NCBI GenBank assembly: GCA_044226015.1 | Contig: JBGAHS010000003.1 | Location: 704,001 to 768,000, forward strand | Source of the DNA: Candidatus Obscuribacteraceae bacterium | GTDB lineage: Bacteria > Cyanobacteriota > Vampirovibrionia > Obscuribacterales > Obscuribacteraceae | Direction: 5' to 3' | DNA: 64,000 nucleotides | Shown: one piece after another, positions 1 through 10,541 of the stretch | Layout of the letters: every line of letters begins with the position of its first letter | Position numbering within the stretch: position 1 is the first letter of the stretch | Translations under genes and position numbers: made by a program | The notes under the pieces: model-generated | Database searches by the model: none | Told to the model about the DNA's origin: nothing | Seen by the model: the letters and a program-made list of their open reading frames with translations, nothing else

Positions 1-2
1 AG

Positions 3-1235
3 GGCCTGGCCGGTCTTGCTGAACAGGTCGGCCATGGAGGCGAAGAGTTCCTCCGGCGTCAGCACGGTCTGCGTCACTTCGCTGCCGAAGTAGTCGCGGT
101 CTTCGACCGGGATCTTGTCACCGTTGATGGTGACCTTCTCCGTGGTCAGCAGGGCGATGGCACGCTCGGCGCCGGCGACGCTGAAGATGTTCGCCTTGGC
201 AGCAGCGGCCTTGGCTTCGGCGAGTAGAGCCTTCGCCACTTCGTTCTGAGCGCTGAGGTTCGCCCAGAAGCCGACCGCCTCGGTATAGACCTTGAGGGTC
301 TTGTTCTTGAACTTCGACTTCCAGTCGGTGCCCTGCGAGACGAGGAACGGCTTGTACTCGCCCTCGAGCTCGATGTAGTTGCCGTTGGACTTGTTGAACT
401 TCTCTTCGGTGTCCTTGATGAGCGCTTCGGCACGAGCCTTGGCGCGACGCAGACGCAGGAACAGGAAGAGGAAGAGACCGATCACCGCAGCGCTCGGCAC
501 GCCGATCATCACGATGGTGGTCATCTGCTTCTGACGCTCGGCAGCATCGAGGACAGCCTTCTCGTGGTCGATGCGGTCTTGCTCGGCACGCGCTTGAGCA
601 TCACGCTCGGCGGCCTGACGAGCCTGTTCGGCACGAATGCGGTCTTGCTCGGCAGCTTCACGAGCCGCGATCGTCCGGTCGATGCCGCTGTTCACGTTCT
701 TGATCACCTGCAGCATCGCCGCACGAGGATTCGACGGCATGAACTGCTTCAGCGCAGGCGTCACCGGACCGTTGATCTTGTCGCTCAGTCGCGCGTGGTC
801 GAAACCATAGCTCACGAGCGTAGGACCGGAGTAAGCAGCGACCGAACCCTTGTTGGGGTTCTGCGCGTTGCGGACCCAGACCACGACCATGAAGTTCTGG
901 TTCGGGAAGTTCGACAGCCCGGACCAGCGCGGAACGAGGTCGTCGACCACATCACGAGCAGGAACACCGGTGGTGTTCAAGTCGTAGTCGCGCTCGACGG
1001 CAATGACGAAGACCTCGAGCTTGTGAGCCTTCTGAAGAGTCTTCACCTCGTCGTTCATGCCGCTGAAGTCGACGGGATAGGAGGAATGATGTTCGAGCGC
1101 CGGGTCCACGTAGACGTGGGTGGCGGGGTCGAACTTCGGCAGCCAGTTACTCGCGGCTTGTGCCGAGGCGGGGGCGATGGCTGCGACAAGCAGCAGCATC
1201 ATCCCCACAATGAGACGTTGCAAATTTTGGAACAT
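3..1235 (-). CDS. Secreted/membrane protein with a TPM(DUF477)-like N-terminal domain, coiled coil and one TM helix; partial, runs off the window start
   Basis: Not in the ORF track because there is no stop inside the window. Manual translation from ATG 1235 (RBS GGAGAAAG): MFQNLQRLIVGMMLLLVAAIAPASAQAA signal peptide, then a globular domain (HVYVDP...LEVFVIAV...FMVVVWV), AEQDRIRAEQARQAAE coiled coil and TM segment IVMIGVPSAAVIGLFLFLFLRLRR. The TPM call is by resemblance only. Confidence 0.8.
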   Translation of the reverse strand, partial: MFQNLQRLIVGMMLLLVAAIAPASAQAASNWLPKFDPATHVYVDPALEHHSSYPVDFSGMNDEVKTLQKAHKLEVFVIAVERDYDLNTTGVPARDVVDDLVPRWSGLSNFPNQNFMVVVWVRNAQNPNKGSVAAYSGPTLVSYGFDHARLSDKINGPVTPALKQFMPSNPRAAMLQVIKNVNSGIDRTIAAREAAEQDRIRAEQARQAAERDAQARAEQDRIDHEKAVLDAAERQKQMTTIVMIGVPSAAVIGLFLFLFLRLRRAKARAEALIKDTEEKFNKSNGNYIELEGEYKPFLVSQGTDWKSKFKNKTLKVYTEAVGFWANLSAQNEVAKALLAEAKAAAAKANIFSVAGAERAIALLTTEKVTINGDKIPVEDRDYFGSEVTQTVLTPEELFASMADLFSKTGQA

Positions 1236-2579
1236 TCACTTTCTCCAGTTAGAGGTTGTGAGAACACAACGCTTCACAGCGCTGCTGTCCACTGGTTAGG
1301 CTGCAACCGAAGATGCAACCATGAGAAACTCAACACCGACTCTCAACCGAAACACCCCGCACGACCTGTTGATCGTTGTTTTGCAAATTTTTGACTTGAG
1401 GTAGAAATCGTGTGGGGGTTGCTGCGTTGTGGTTTTCGAGAGAGAAGACGTGTTGGAACATCACCCTAACCAAAAGGGTTGGAACAGATCAGCATATAGT
1501 TACGGGAACTTGACATTGTTACAGGCACTGGTCGCACACACATTCCATGCCAAAATCGCTGCCAACACAGCAAACAACAGGCTCCTTGAGATCCTGAACA
1601 AAACCTTTATTTAAGTGGTTTTATCTCCGCTTGACTAGTGGAGCTATGCGTTATCAGAGCTAGCGGATTTTCTCATTTCATCCAATAGCGCAAAAGCAGA
1701 TATATTGGCTATACAAGCGGCTTGGGAAGCACAGGCCAATACTGCAAAATCTGCAGAAATATATTGCATTCATATGCACGTGTGCAAAGCAGAAAGAACA
1801 GTGCAAGAACGGCTTCAAATGCAGAACTTCACGACTGTTCTGTAAAGACATAAGTCATCTGTCTGAAAAAGCAATTCAGAGATTATCTACTGAATGAGTG
1901 CTTAAGCCCTATATTCAGCCGCTACAAAACGATCCGAGAATCCCTTTGTTTAACTATGCCGAATGAAGTCCGTCCCAACGCGTTGCGTTTCTTTCGGCCT
2001 AACTGCTGTATTAGGAAGAGGAAAGGACTATCAGTTTGAACTTAATCGGCCATAGTGAGATCCTCGACTATCATGCTTTCAGCAGTAGAGCTTAGCTCAA
2101 TCAACTTTGCTTCAACGGAACTTGAAATTGCAGTTGAACTACCAGCTTTTGATGTGACAGCCGCTGGCAATACGGCAAATTCTTGGAAGCAGGTTGGAAG
2201 CCACTTAGAAGGGCTTTGGCAAAGCGCCCTCAATATGGCTGGAAACGAGAATGCAAGACCTACAAACAAAGGCAAAATGACCAGAAGAGCTCGCAAAATA
2301 GCCAGACTTAAGAAGATCGCCTGAGATTGTGACCTCATCGACTTACAAAATCACAATAGTCCGGTCCAGTGAAAATCACGTGTGAAAGAGACCCAAAATT
2401 TGACCGGCTTTCCAACTTCAACAAAGCATCCGTGAGGCAGCTGACTCTAGCAAGCAAGAGTGAGAAGACTCGTACCCAAGCCGAATTTCACAAAGAACAT
2501 ACAAGAGCATTAGTTCTCTAAATTGGCATCAGGAATACAAAAGGATATTGTTCTACGCAACGTTATAGTATGACAATCG

Positions 2580-2627
2580 AAAAAAGTCATGTGATGGAAA
2601 TGCCCGAAGGCACTCCACCACACGACC
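2580..2627 (-). terminator. Intrinsic terminator of the 2668-3090 gene
   Basis: Minus strand GTCGTGTGGTGGAGTGCC-TTCG-GGCATTTCCATCACATGAC followed by T7. Confidence 0.85.
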
Positions 2628-2667
2628 GAAGTCTAGCGTGTTACTGCGTCAAGCGCAGGTTTACCGC

Positions 2668-3090
2668 TTACTTCTTCGCATCACCGACGATGGCGGCGAG
2701 GCGCGCGCGAAGAGCCAGAGCGCGGGTGCGCTCGTAGTCTTCGGCGGAATCGAGGCCGGCGCGGGCCTTGTCGAGAGCAGCGCGAGCCACTTCGAAGGCC
2801 TTGAGCGAGGCATCGAGTTCCGCGATCTTCGCAGACGCAGTGTCCTTGTCGACGTTGCCGGTGCCGGTGGCGACCGCGAGCAGGGCGAGTTCACCGGTCA
2901 GAGCCGAGAAACCGACAGAGCTGGCAGCAGCGGACGACGCGAGAGCAGCAGCAGCCTCGCCGGAAACGGCGTTGGAGACGGCGGCTTCGGCAGCGAGGTG
3001 CTTCGTGTGCAGGTCAGCCTTGGCGGCTTCGTACGCAGCGAGAGCGCCCTGGAACGTTGCGAGAGCGGAGGGAATGTTGGTGGTGGACAT
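2668..3090 (-). CDS. Alanine-rich all-helical hypothetical protein (140 aa)
   Basis: GC-rich optimised codons, RBS GAAAGG, own terminator. Confidence 0.8.
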   Translation of the reverse strand: MSTTNIPSALATFQGALAAYEAAKADLHTKHLAAEAAVSNAVSGEAAAALASSAAASSVGFSALTGELALLAVATGTGNVDKDTASAKIAELDASLKAFEVARAALDKARAGLDSAEDYERTRALALRARLAAIVGDAKK

Positions 3091-4313
3091 AGGTATTTGC
3101 CTTTCTGGGTTTGGTTCTTAGAACCGTTTAGAACAGACAGACTCCAGACGTTTGCCTGAAGTACTAGACCTGAAATCCCACATTCAATACGAATCGGCAC
3201 ACATCAAAGCGCACTAAACGGGAGTTAAATTGTTCGGGTTGCTTTGAAGTTGCCGGGTTTCGAAAGAAGAGAGAGGAATAACAGGTAGGACTCGAAGATA
3301 GCCTGTTTAGACAAGCGAAACCAAGAACAATTTCAAGCGTTCCAGATCGGCTGAAGAGCTAGACCTGCATGACTTCTCGGGCTGTTGCTCGGGTCGGAGA
3401 TGTCAGGTTTTTTACTGAACCGGTCGCTATCGCAGCTATGACAGCCACTAAAGATTATCCTCCTTTTGATTCTGCTCCCTAGCTGCCAGCATATACGTGA
3501 TTTGCGCTAGCCATCTCTTCGAAGGCTAGCGGGATTTGTATAGTGCTCACGATGTCGCCAGGATGGTCGCGTCCGAGGTTTCGGATCCCAAAGGGATGGC
3601 CTCGCCCCCAGGATTCCAAATTGATCTATATGATCAGGAGTTGCTTGCCTGCCCCCTGCCCCAAATCATACTACGCGCTTTAGTACAACAATCAAAAACA
3701 CCAGCTCGAAAGTTCTTCCGAACCGCAAGAAGAAAAATCCTATACATAGGATCCAAAACAGCCACTCTCAGCTGACTTACAGCCATTCGTAAAATACGAT
3801 TTTCATTAACGGCCTAACGAAGCGAGCCTCTCAGAAAACCTCTTGAGAACTGAGCAAATATCGATTTGGTAAGCCGCGCTAATACGCTGGGCATCAGAGT
3901 TTTACTTAGAAAGCGATAATGAGACCATTCAATATCAAAAGCCATCTCACAACAAATTCCTAATATTTGGGGCTTTACAGCCTTTTTTGCCACGTCTATC
4001 ACCCCTACGCCCAAGGGCATACTGAGCAATTAATATTTTGCATTGAAGTAAACGCTCTTCTTAATATTGTAATTACCCAGTTAACAAATCCCAGCCCCCC
4101 CTCAGAAACCAGCCCCCAAAAGCGTTCCCAAAAAAGTTCAATTAACAGATTGCCTCTAAAAGAGTGCACAGAGCTAAACCGCTCACTGGAATCTGACCAA
4201 GGCTGTTTAAGAGGAGCAAGCTGCTTCTCTAGTCCCTCGCAAGAAGGACCGTTTTTCACCAGCAAGCCGCCCGTGTGTGGCTGGCAACTTTTTTCCTCAA
4301 CCGGAGAAAACAC

Positions 4314-5303
4314 ATGCATGTACCAATCTTTCTTCATCCGGTCGTCGGCATCGCGACTGGACTCATCGGGCTCGGAGTACTCTGGGCTCGAAGCAGAAGG
4401 CAGCCCGCAGTGCAGCACTCACAGGTCGGTATCCACACCAACCTGCGAAGCTTCCCACTGGTCGGCTGGCTGCCTTCGTTGTTCTACCTCTGCCTCATCG
4501 CTTCTCTGTCCGGGCTGCTCGCCTGGCCTGTGTTCAAAGAAAGCGTTGAGCAGCGGCACGTCGAAACGCGGGATGTCCTGCTGAGCGTTGACCAATCGGG
4601 TTCGATGGGTGGCGCGATTCAGGCCGGCCCTCCGCAAGACCTCAACTGGCCCCCAGACAAAGGAACATTCCGGCGACTGGACCTGGCACAATACGCAGTG
4701 CAACTGTTCGTCTCAAAGCGAGCTGGTGACCGCGTCGGTCTCACTGTCTTCGACGACAAGACCTATCGGCACTACCCGATGACAGACGACTTGAAGATCA
4801 TCATCCGTAAAGCCGAGTTGATCAGCAAGAACACCGGCGGTGGCACCAACTTCGAAAGTCCTACCGGACCAATCGCCACAGCCATCGAGCACTTCCGAAC
4901 CTGGGGCAAAGCCAAAACCAAAGTCCTGATTCTGGTCACGGACGGTGAAGCTCCAATTTCAGATGAGCGGATGGCCGAGCTCGTGAAAGAGATGAAGGCT
5001 GTCGGCGGAAAAATCTATGTCCTCGGCATCGGTGAGGACTGGACTAACCCGTCGGACTTCACGAGCAGCCAAACTGAACCACTCCGCAAGATTGTCGCAG
5101 CCCTCGGTGGCAAATGTTTCGCTGTCGGAGACGCGAAGCAAATGGCAGAGGCGCTATCGGTGGTCGATCAACTCGAAAAATCGCAGGTCGTGCTCGAGCG
5201 CAGCACGGTCTACCAGGACGCCTACCAGTACTTCGCTGCGGCGTCGGTTCTTTCTCTTCTCCTGCTAGCCGCGTCGGTGCTCGTCACCCGCGAGCTGGTC
5301 TAA
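4314..5303 (+). CDS. vWA-domain membrane protein, BatA-like (operon copy 1)
   Basis: MIDAS DQSGS, DRVGLTVF, GGGTN, LILVTDG, N- and C-terminal TM segments; RBS GGAG before ATG 4314. Confidence 0.9.
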   Translation: MHVPIFLHPVVGIATGLIGLGVLWARSRRQPAVQHSQVGIHTNLRSFPLVGWLPSLFYLCLIASLSGLLAWPVFKESVEQRHVETRDVLLSVDQSGSMGGAIQAGPPQDLNWPPDKGTFRRLDLAQYAVQLFVSKRAGDRVGLTVFDDKTYRHYPMTDDLKIIIRKAELISKNTGGGTNFESPTGPIATAIEHFRTWGKAKTKVLILVTDGEAPISDERMAELVKEMKAVGGKIYVLGIGEDWTNPSDFTSSQTEPLRKIVAALGGKCFAVGDAKQMAEALSVVDQLEKSQVVLERSTVYQDAYQYFAAASVLSLLLLAASVLVTRELV

Positions 5304-5322
5304 CCAAAAGGAGCCTACACCT

Positions 5323-5958
5323 ATGAAAATGTTCAAGAAATGGCGCCAGCTCACCGGGCTGGTGCTCGCCGCAGTGCTTGGAGGCGTGCTGCTCTTCGGG
5401 TCGAGCAAACTCAACTCGTGGGAGTCGCCCCAGGTCATTGCCTACAACCATGGCATCGCTGCTATGAAGGAAGGCAAGGTCGATGAGGCCATGCTTGCCT
5501 TCGACAAGAGCCTCGATGCCTACGCATCCATGGCGCAACGAGAGAGCACGGAATCCAAGCTCTACCCGAGCCGTTCCACTGAACTCGCTGCGCTTGCTCA
5601 GAGCAAGAAAGCGATTCTCTACCTGATGAAGCAGAAGCCCGAACTCGCGGTGAAAGCTTTCAAGGAGAGCATCCAACTCAACCCGGGAAGCATTGAAAGC
5701 GAGCAGCTGAGCCAGCTGTTCGTGGACGAACCGCTTACCAGCAACGACATCAGTCGCCTGAGCGACCAGTCCAGCGTGGTCAAACACAACCTGGAGCTGT
5801 TGTTCAAGAAGAACCAATCTCTCGCACAGGGCGAAGGGAAAGGCAAGGGCAAGGGCAAAGGCAAGCCCGGCGACAAAGAAGGAAAAGAAGGAAACGAGCC
5901 AGCTCCGGGCAGCAAACCTGGTCCTGGTTCCGGCAAGAGCAACCCTAACGCCATCTAA
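5323..5958 (+). CDS. TPR-like membrane-anchored protein, BatC-like, with G/K/P-rich tail
   Basis: N-terminal TM, YNHGIAAM...FDKS and AVKAFKESIQLNP TPR-like helices, HNLELL followed by a low-complexity tail. Confidence 0.75.
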   Translation: MKMFKKWRQLTGLVLAAVLGGVLLFGSSKLNSWESPQVIAYNHGIAAMKEGKVDEAMLAFDKSLDAYASMAQRESTESKLYPSRSTELAALAQSKKAILYLMKQKPELAVKAFKESIQLNPGSIESEQLSQLFVDEPLTSNDISRLSDQSSVVKHNLELLFKKNQSLAQGEGKGKGKGKGKPGDKEGKEGNEPAPGSKPGPGSGKSNPNAI

Positions 5959-5977
5959 CTGGCAGGAGGAACAAGCC

Positions 5978-7033
5978 ATGCATTTTACTCACATGGAATT
6001 TGCCTGGCTCGCTCTCTTGCTGCCAGTTCTGGGCGCGGCGCTCTACGCCGGGCACAAGCTGCGCATGCAAGCAAAGCGAGTTTACGGCACAGAAAACCTG
6101 CTGGAACGCTTCCAGCAAACTCAAAAACGCACGCTGCCGAGCTGGATCCACATGCTCGGTATCTTCTGCGTGGGTGCTTTACTCGTCATCGCTGCGATGG
6201 GTCCGACAACGAACCTGACCAAGCAGCGCGTCTCAGACGGCTCGGTGCAAGCCGTAGTCGTCCTGGACGTTTCTCGCTCTATGGCTGCTGAAGATTATCG
6301 GGAATCGATGCCAGCTGACGCTGGACAGAAACCCGACCTGAATCAGCCCTGGGGTAGCCGACTCGACATGGCGAAGTACCAGATTCTCAAAGTGATGCAA
6401 TCGATTCAGGGCAACCAGTTGGGCATCGTCAATTACGCCGAAAAGGGCTTCCCTCAGGCGGACTTGACCCCCGACTTCACTGCTCTGGATTTCATTGTCA
6501 GAAACTGGGTGACTCAGGGAAATGCACCGGGCGAAGGCTCGCACTACGACAACGGCATCAACGAAGCGCTCGAGATGTTCAAGCGCGATGCTGACCCGTC
6601 TAAAAAGAAGGTGCTCATCCTCATGTCTGACGGCGGCTTCGACGGGAAACCGGACGAGCTTGCCAAAGTCGTTGAGGAACTCAACAAGCAAAACGTGAAG
6701 GTCGTTATCATCGGACTCGGCATGCCGGGAGCCAACGCTATCCCCATCTATGTGGACGGCAAGCTCACGGGCTACATGAAGGCTGAGGACAAAGTGATCA
6801 CGACCTCTTACGAGGAAGACAACCTGCGTCAGCTGGCTGCGATGACGCACGGGTCGTACCACCACGTGGACACGACTCCTGGCAGCCAAAAAATCGCGAT
6901 TGACTGGAGCAACGAAGTTGGTGGTTCGCGCATTGAAATGCGCGGTACGCCGCTTTTCCCTTACTTCGGTGGGGCGGCGCTCGGTCTCGCGGTGATTCTT
7001 TCCATTGCCGGTTTAGTGCGCAAGAAGGACTGA
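5978..7033 (+). CDS. vWA-domain membrane protein, BatB-like (copy 1)
   Basis: MIDAS LDVSRSM, SRLDMAK, LILMSDG, two N-terminal and one C-terminal TM segments. Confidence 0.9.
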   Translation: MHFTHMEFAWLALLLPVLGAALYAGHKLRMQAKRVYGTENLLERFQQTQKRTLPSWIHMLGIFCVGALLVIAAMGPTTNLTKQRVSDGSVQAVVVLDVSRSMAAEDYRESMPADAGQKPDLNQPWGSRLDMAKYQILKVMQSIQGNQLGIVNYAEKGFPQADLTPDFTALDFIVRNWVTQGNAPGEGSHYDNGINEALEMFKRDADPSKKKVLILMSDGGFDGKPDELAKVVEELNKQNVKVVIIGLGMPGANAIPIYVDGKLTGYMKAEDKVITTSYEEDNLRQLAAMTHGSYHHVDTTPGSQKIAIDWSNEVGGSRIEMRGTPLFPYFGGAALGLAVILSIAGLVRKKD

Positions 7034-7160
7034 GCACAAATCAGCAGGTGAGTGCCTGCTGCAGTTTCTTCCCCCAGAGCGGAGTCGTGTTGACTCCGCT
7101 TCTTTGCGCTGGCTTATCGCTCGAACACTCGAGCCAAACCTTTTCACTGGAGTTTTGAAC

Positions 7161-8195
7161 ATGACTGCTAACACCATCATCAACCCGATCAGCCGCACCC
7201 TGACCCAGGTCCGCAAGGTCGTCATCGGTTACCCGACCATGACCGAACTCGTGGCCTACGCTCTCTACGCCGACGGTCACGTCCTTCTCGAAGGTCTGCC
7301 CGGTCTGGCCAAAACGGTGACGGCTCGCGGCTTCGGTCGCGCCATCGAAGGCGCCGAATGGTCCCGTATTCAGATGAAGCCCGACATCCTGCCGTCCGAC
7401 ATCGTCGGTGCGGAAGTCTTCAGCAAGAAGACGCAGGAATTCAGCGTCCGCAAGGGACCGATCTTCGCCAACATCGTCCTGGCGGACGAAATCAACCGTG
7501 CTGCTCCTCGCTCGCAGTCGGCTCTGCTGGAAGCCATGGCGGAAAAGAGCACCTCGCTCGCCGGTCAGACCTTCCGCATGCCCGACCTGTTCTGCGTGCT
7601 CGCCACCATGAACCCGATCGAGCAGGAAGGTACCTACCCGCTGCCCGAAGCGCAGCTGGACCGCTTCCTCTTCAAGGTCACGATGGGCTACGCTCCTCGT
7701 GATGCTTACAAGGCGATGCTGAACAACCAGAAGACGCTCAAGGGCAGCGACCCGCACAAGGACATCGTCGCGGACGTGACGGTGAACGAAGTGCTGGCTG
7801 CTCGCGCCGCCATCAACGAAGTGCACGTCAGCTCTGCCGCCCAGGACTACATCCTGGACTTGGTGGATGCCAGCCGTCCGTCGGACCAGATGTTCACCAA
7901 GTTCGTCTCGCTGACCGGTGCCGAAGGCAAGAAGTTTGCCGAAGCGGTGCAGGTCGGTGGCTCGCCTCGTGCTTACCAGGCTGTTCAGATCACCGCACAG
8001 GTGCGCGCCTTCCACATGGGCCGCAGCTTCGTGCTGCCGGAAGACATCCAGTACGTCGCTGGCTCTGTGCTCCGTCACCGCCTGATCCTGAACCGCAAGG
8101 CTCGCATGGACGGCAAGTACACCACGGACGATGCCGTCAAGGCGCTGGTCGCCGGCGTGCCGTTCCACAACAACCTGGCTGACTACCAGGGCTAA
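7161..8195 (+). CDS. moxR: MoxR-family AAA+ ATPase (copy 1)
   Basis: GLPGLAKT Walker A, LADEINR Walker B, NPIEQEGTYPLPEAQLDRF, GGSPR, VLRHR. Confidence 0.95.
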   Translation: MTANTIINPISRTLTQVRKVVIGYPTMTELVAYALYADGHVLLEGLPGLAKTVTARGFGRAIEGAEWSRIQMKPDILPSDIVGAEVFSKKTQEFSVRKGPIFANIVLADEINRAAPRSQSALLEAMAEKSTSLAGQTFRMPDLFCVLATMNPIEQEGTYPLPEAQLDRFLFKVTMGYAPRDAYKAMLNNQKTLKGSDPHKDIVADVTVNEVLAARAAINEVHVSSAAQDYILDLVDASRPSDQMFTKFVSLTGAEGKKFAEAVQVGGSPRAYQAVQITAQVRAFHMGRSFVLPEDIQYVAGSVLRHRLILNRKARMDGKYTTDDAVKALVAGVPFHNNLADYQG

Positions 8196-8205
8196 GCCCC
8201 CGTCA

Positions 8206-8279
8206 AAGCAGGCTCGTCGCCTGCCCACCCATGCCACCATCATCGGTGGCATGGGTAGCGGGTTGGCCTGCTTCTTTTC
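8206..8279 (+). other. Long intergenic hairpin after moxR copy 1 (stabiliser or attenuating terminator)
   Basis: Core stem ACCCATGCCACC/GGTGGCATGGGT, outer arms AAGCAGGC/GCCTGCTT, then CTTTT. Confidence 0.7.
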
Positions 8280-8350
8280 TCAGACCTGTCTCGCGAGCTG
8301 GCACATCGCCAGCCGTTAGAAAGGGCAACGTTTTTGAGAGGACCAATCTT

Positions 8351-9292
8351 ATGAAAACACAGACCGAACTGGAGATTGAAAACATTCTCCAGCGCATCGC
8401 GTTCTGCGCTATTCCGATCAACTGGAAGTCGGAAAACCCGATGCCCGGTGTCGGAGAGCGCAAGAGTCGCTATCGCGGTCCGGGGGCTGACTACGTGGAG
8501 TTCGTGCCATTCGAAGATGGTGACGACCCACGCCACATCAACTGGGCAATGACGGCACGCGCTACCGATGACGATGTCATCTGGCGTACCGTTCATCAGG
8601 AAGAGAAGGAAATTCGGAGCGTGGTGCTGGTGAAAGCCGGCCACTCGATGGATTTCGGCACGGTGCGCACGACCAAGCGCCACGTGGCTGCGGAGATGGC
8701 TGCGTCCATCTACTTCGCGCTGGACAAGACCCGTGACAAAGCGGGGCTCATCTTGTACTCGCGTGATGCCGTACTTCAGGACCTGCCTTGCCGTCAGGCG
8801 ATGAGCACCCTCTACCCTGCGCTGGAATCAATCATCGAATGCGACCCTTACGCACCCACTGCAATCGAGCAGCAAGGTGACGGGTTGTCTAAAGCGCTCA
8901 GCGGATTGCCGACGCAACGCTCGCTCGTCTTCATCGTCTCCGACTTCGAAGACATGAGTGAGAAAGACTGGCGTGAACTGGGCAACGCCGCTTGCTATCA
9001 CGACGTGGTCTGCATCTACGTGCAAGACCGTCGTGAGCGCGAGCTTCCCCCACTGCCGGGCATGCTCGGCTTCCTGGGCTGCTTCTACCGGATTCAGGAC
9101 TACAGCGGCCGCTCTCGTCTCATCTGGAATAACGCCCGCACCCGCCGTATCTACAGCGACAACTTCAAGAAGCACGAGGCGAAAATCCTCTCTGCTCTGG
9201 AAGAACGTCTCTGCCAGACGATGGTTGTGAGCACCGAAGAGGGCGATGCAGCCATCCCCAAAATCCTCGACCTGTTCACAGGTCACTGCTGA
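8351..9292 (+). CDS. DUF58 family protein (MoxR-associated, vWA-like; copy 1)
   Basis: GADYVEFVPFEDGDDPRHINW, SMDFGT, FIVSDF, HDVV; immediately follows moxR. Confidence 0.9.
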   Translation: MKTQTELEIENILQRIAFCAIPINWKSENPMPGVGERKSRYRGPGADYVEFVPFEDGDDPRHINWAMTARATDDDVIWRTVHQEEKEIRSVVLVKAGHSMDFGTVRTTKRHVAAEMAASIYFALDKTRDKAGLILYSRDAVLQDLPCRQAMSTLYPALESIIECDPYAPTAIEQQGDGLSKALSGLPTQRSLVFIVSDFEDMSEKDWRELGNAACYHDVVCIYVQDRRERELPPLPGMLGFLGCFYRIQDYSGRSRLIWNNARTRRIYSDNFKKHEAKILSALEERLCQTMVVSTEEGDAAIPKILDLFTGHC

Positions 9293-9303
9293 AAGGTAAA
9301 CAC

Positions 9304-10341
9304 ATGAAAAACAACAAATTCCTTTCTATGATGTTCGCCGCCCTCTTCGCGATTGGGTTCTTCGCCGCTGGCAACAGCCCGGCGATGGCCCAGTCGGAAG
9401 ACGATGGCTTCCCGTTTCCACCGCAGCAAGAAGCTGCGGCTCCGGCGCCCCAGAACCCGATGGTCAAGTCGATGGACTCGGGGCGCCTCATCATCGCCGT
9501 CGGTTCACCGCGTAACTTCGGTTACCGCATCGGCGACCTGATTCCCGTGACGATGGTGGTGTCCGCGGACAAGAACGTGCAAGTCAACCTCGAAGCGATT
9601 CGTCGCAAGACGCTAAGCTCGGAGGGCTCGGACTTCGAACTTGTCGGGGCACCATCGGTAGTGCAAGAGCAGCAAGGTGAGAAAACCATCTGGCGCGTGC
9701 AGCTCTTACTGCGCAGCTGGGTAATCAAACCGGTGCTCGTGTTCAACTGCGACTTCCACTTCGCCAGCGAGCTGCTGCCCGACGGTAAGACCCCCAACTG
9801 GCGGCCGGTCAGCTCACCTGACTTTGTTGTGGAGATGTCAAACATCGCTACCGAAGCAGCAAAGGAACTGCTGCCCGGCGACATGGACTTGAAGGAGAGT
9901 CCTAAGCCGGCGCTGGTGCAACCGCTGAAATATGCGGGTTATCTGGCGTTCTCGCTGCTGCCTGCATGGTTGCTCTGGCAGCTCTGGTGCCGCGTGCGTC
10001 CGCGTCGCCCGGTGACGACAGCTGAACGCGCCTGGATGGAGTTCGATCAGGTCATGGCAGATGCACAGTCTGCTGGTGGTCTGAAGTACGAACACCTCTT
10101 CCGTATCTCGGGCACTTTGCGCAGCTACCTGTGCATCGAAGCTGTACCGACTTCGGAAGTGGCCATCCCGCTTGAGCAGTTCTTCTCGATGCATGATGAC
10201 CGCCTCGAGCTGATGACCATCACGGTCAGTGCACTCTCCAAACTGGAACGCGCTCTCTACAGCAAGAGCGAACTCACCAGCGAAGAGCAGTTCACTCTGA
10301 TGCGCGAAATCGAGCGCATCGTGCCACGACCGCTCAACTAA
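9304..10341 (+). CDS. Exported protein with C-terminal TM, BatD/DUF4381-like (copy 1)
   Basis: Signal peptide, GYRIGDLIPVTM beta domain, TM at YAGYLAFSLLPAWLLW, cytoplasmic helical tail; usual position after DUF58. Confidence 0.7.
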   Translation: MKNNKFLSMMFAALFAIGFFAAGNSPAMAQSEDDGFPFPPQQEAAAPAPQNPMVKSMDSGRLIIAVGSPRNFGYRIGDLIPVTMVVSADKNVQVNLEAIRRKTLSSEGSDFELVGAPSVVQEQQGEKTIWRVQLLLRSWVIKPVLVFNCDFHFASELLPDGKTPNWRPVSSPDFVVEMSNIATEAAKELLPGDMDLKESPKPALVQPLKYAGYLAFSLLPAWLLWQLWCRVRPRRPVTTAERAWMEFDQVMADAQSAGGLKYEHLFRISGTLRSYLCIEAVPTSEVAIPLEQFFSMHDDRLELMTITVSALSKLERALYSKSELTSEEQFTLMREIERIVPRPLN

Positions 10342-10541
10342 CCAAGACGAACGAGACGCTAAGAATCGTTCAATACCGCAACAGGGGTCCTCGGTAATTC
10401 ACTGAGGACCCCTGAGCTTTTCCCGAGTCAGCATCGAGCCAGAGTCCTCGCACCAAATGCGGTGCGGGGACTCTGGCGTTTCTCTGGAGTTTTTATCCCG
10501 CGACAGTCAGTCGCAACACCACTAGATTGGAGAGAATCCAA

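Noticed and set aside
1537..1553. Sigma54-like promoter TTGGCATGGAATGTGT (minus), and CTTGCATGGCTGATGCA at about 38413
   Set aside because: Each breaks one invariant dinucleotide (-12 GC or -24 GG).
2042..2338. 98-aa hydrophobic ORF, and similar 62740-62955, 3814-4029 and 20294-20686
   Set aside because: No clear RBS or motif and atypical composition; cannot be supported as genes.
5829..5870. GGCAAG tandem repeat
   Set aside because: Encodes the GKGKGK low-complexity tail of the TPR-like protein; not an independent repeat element.
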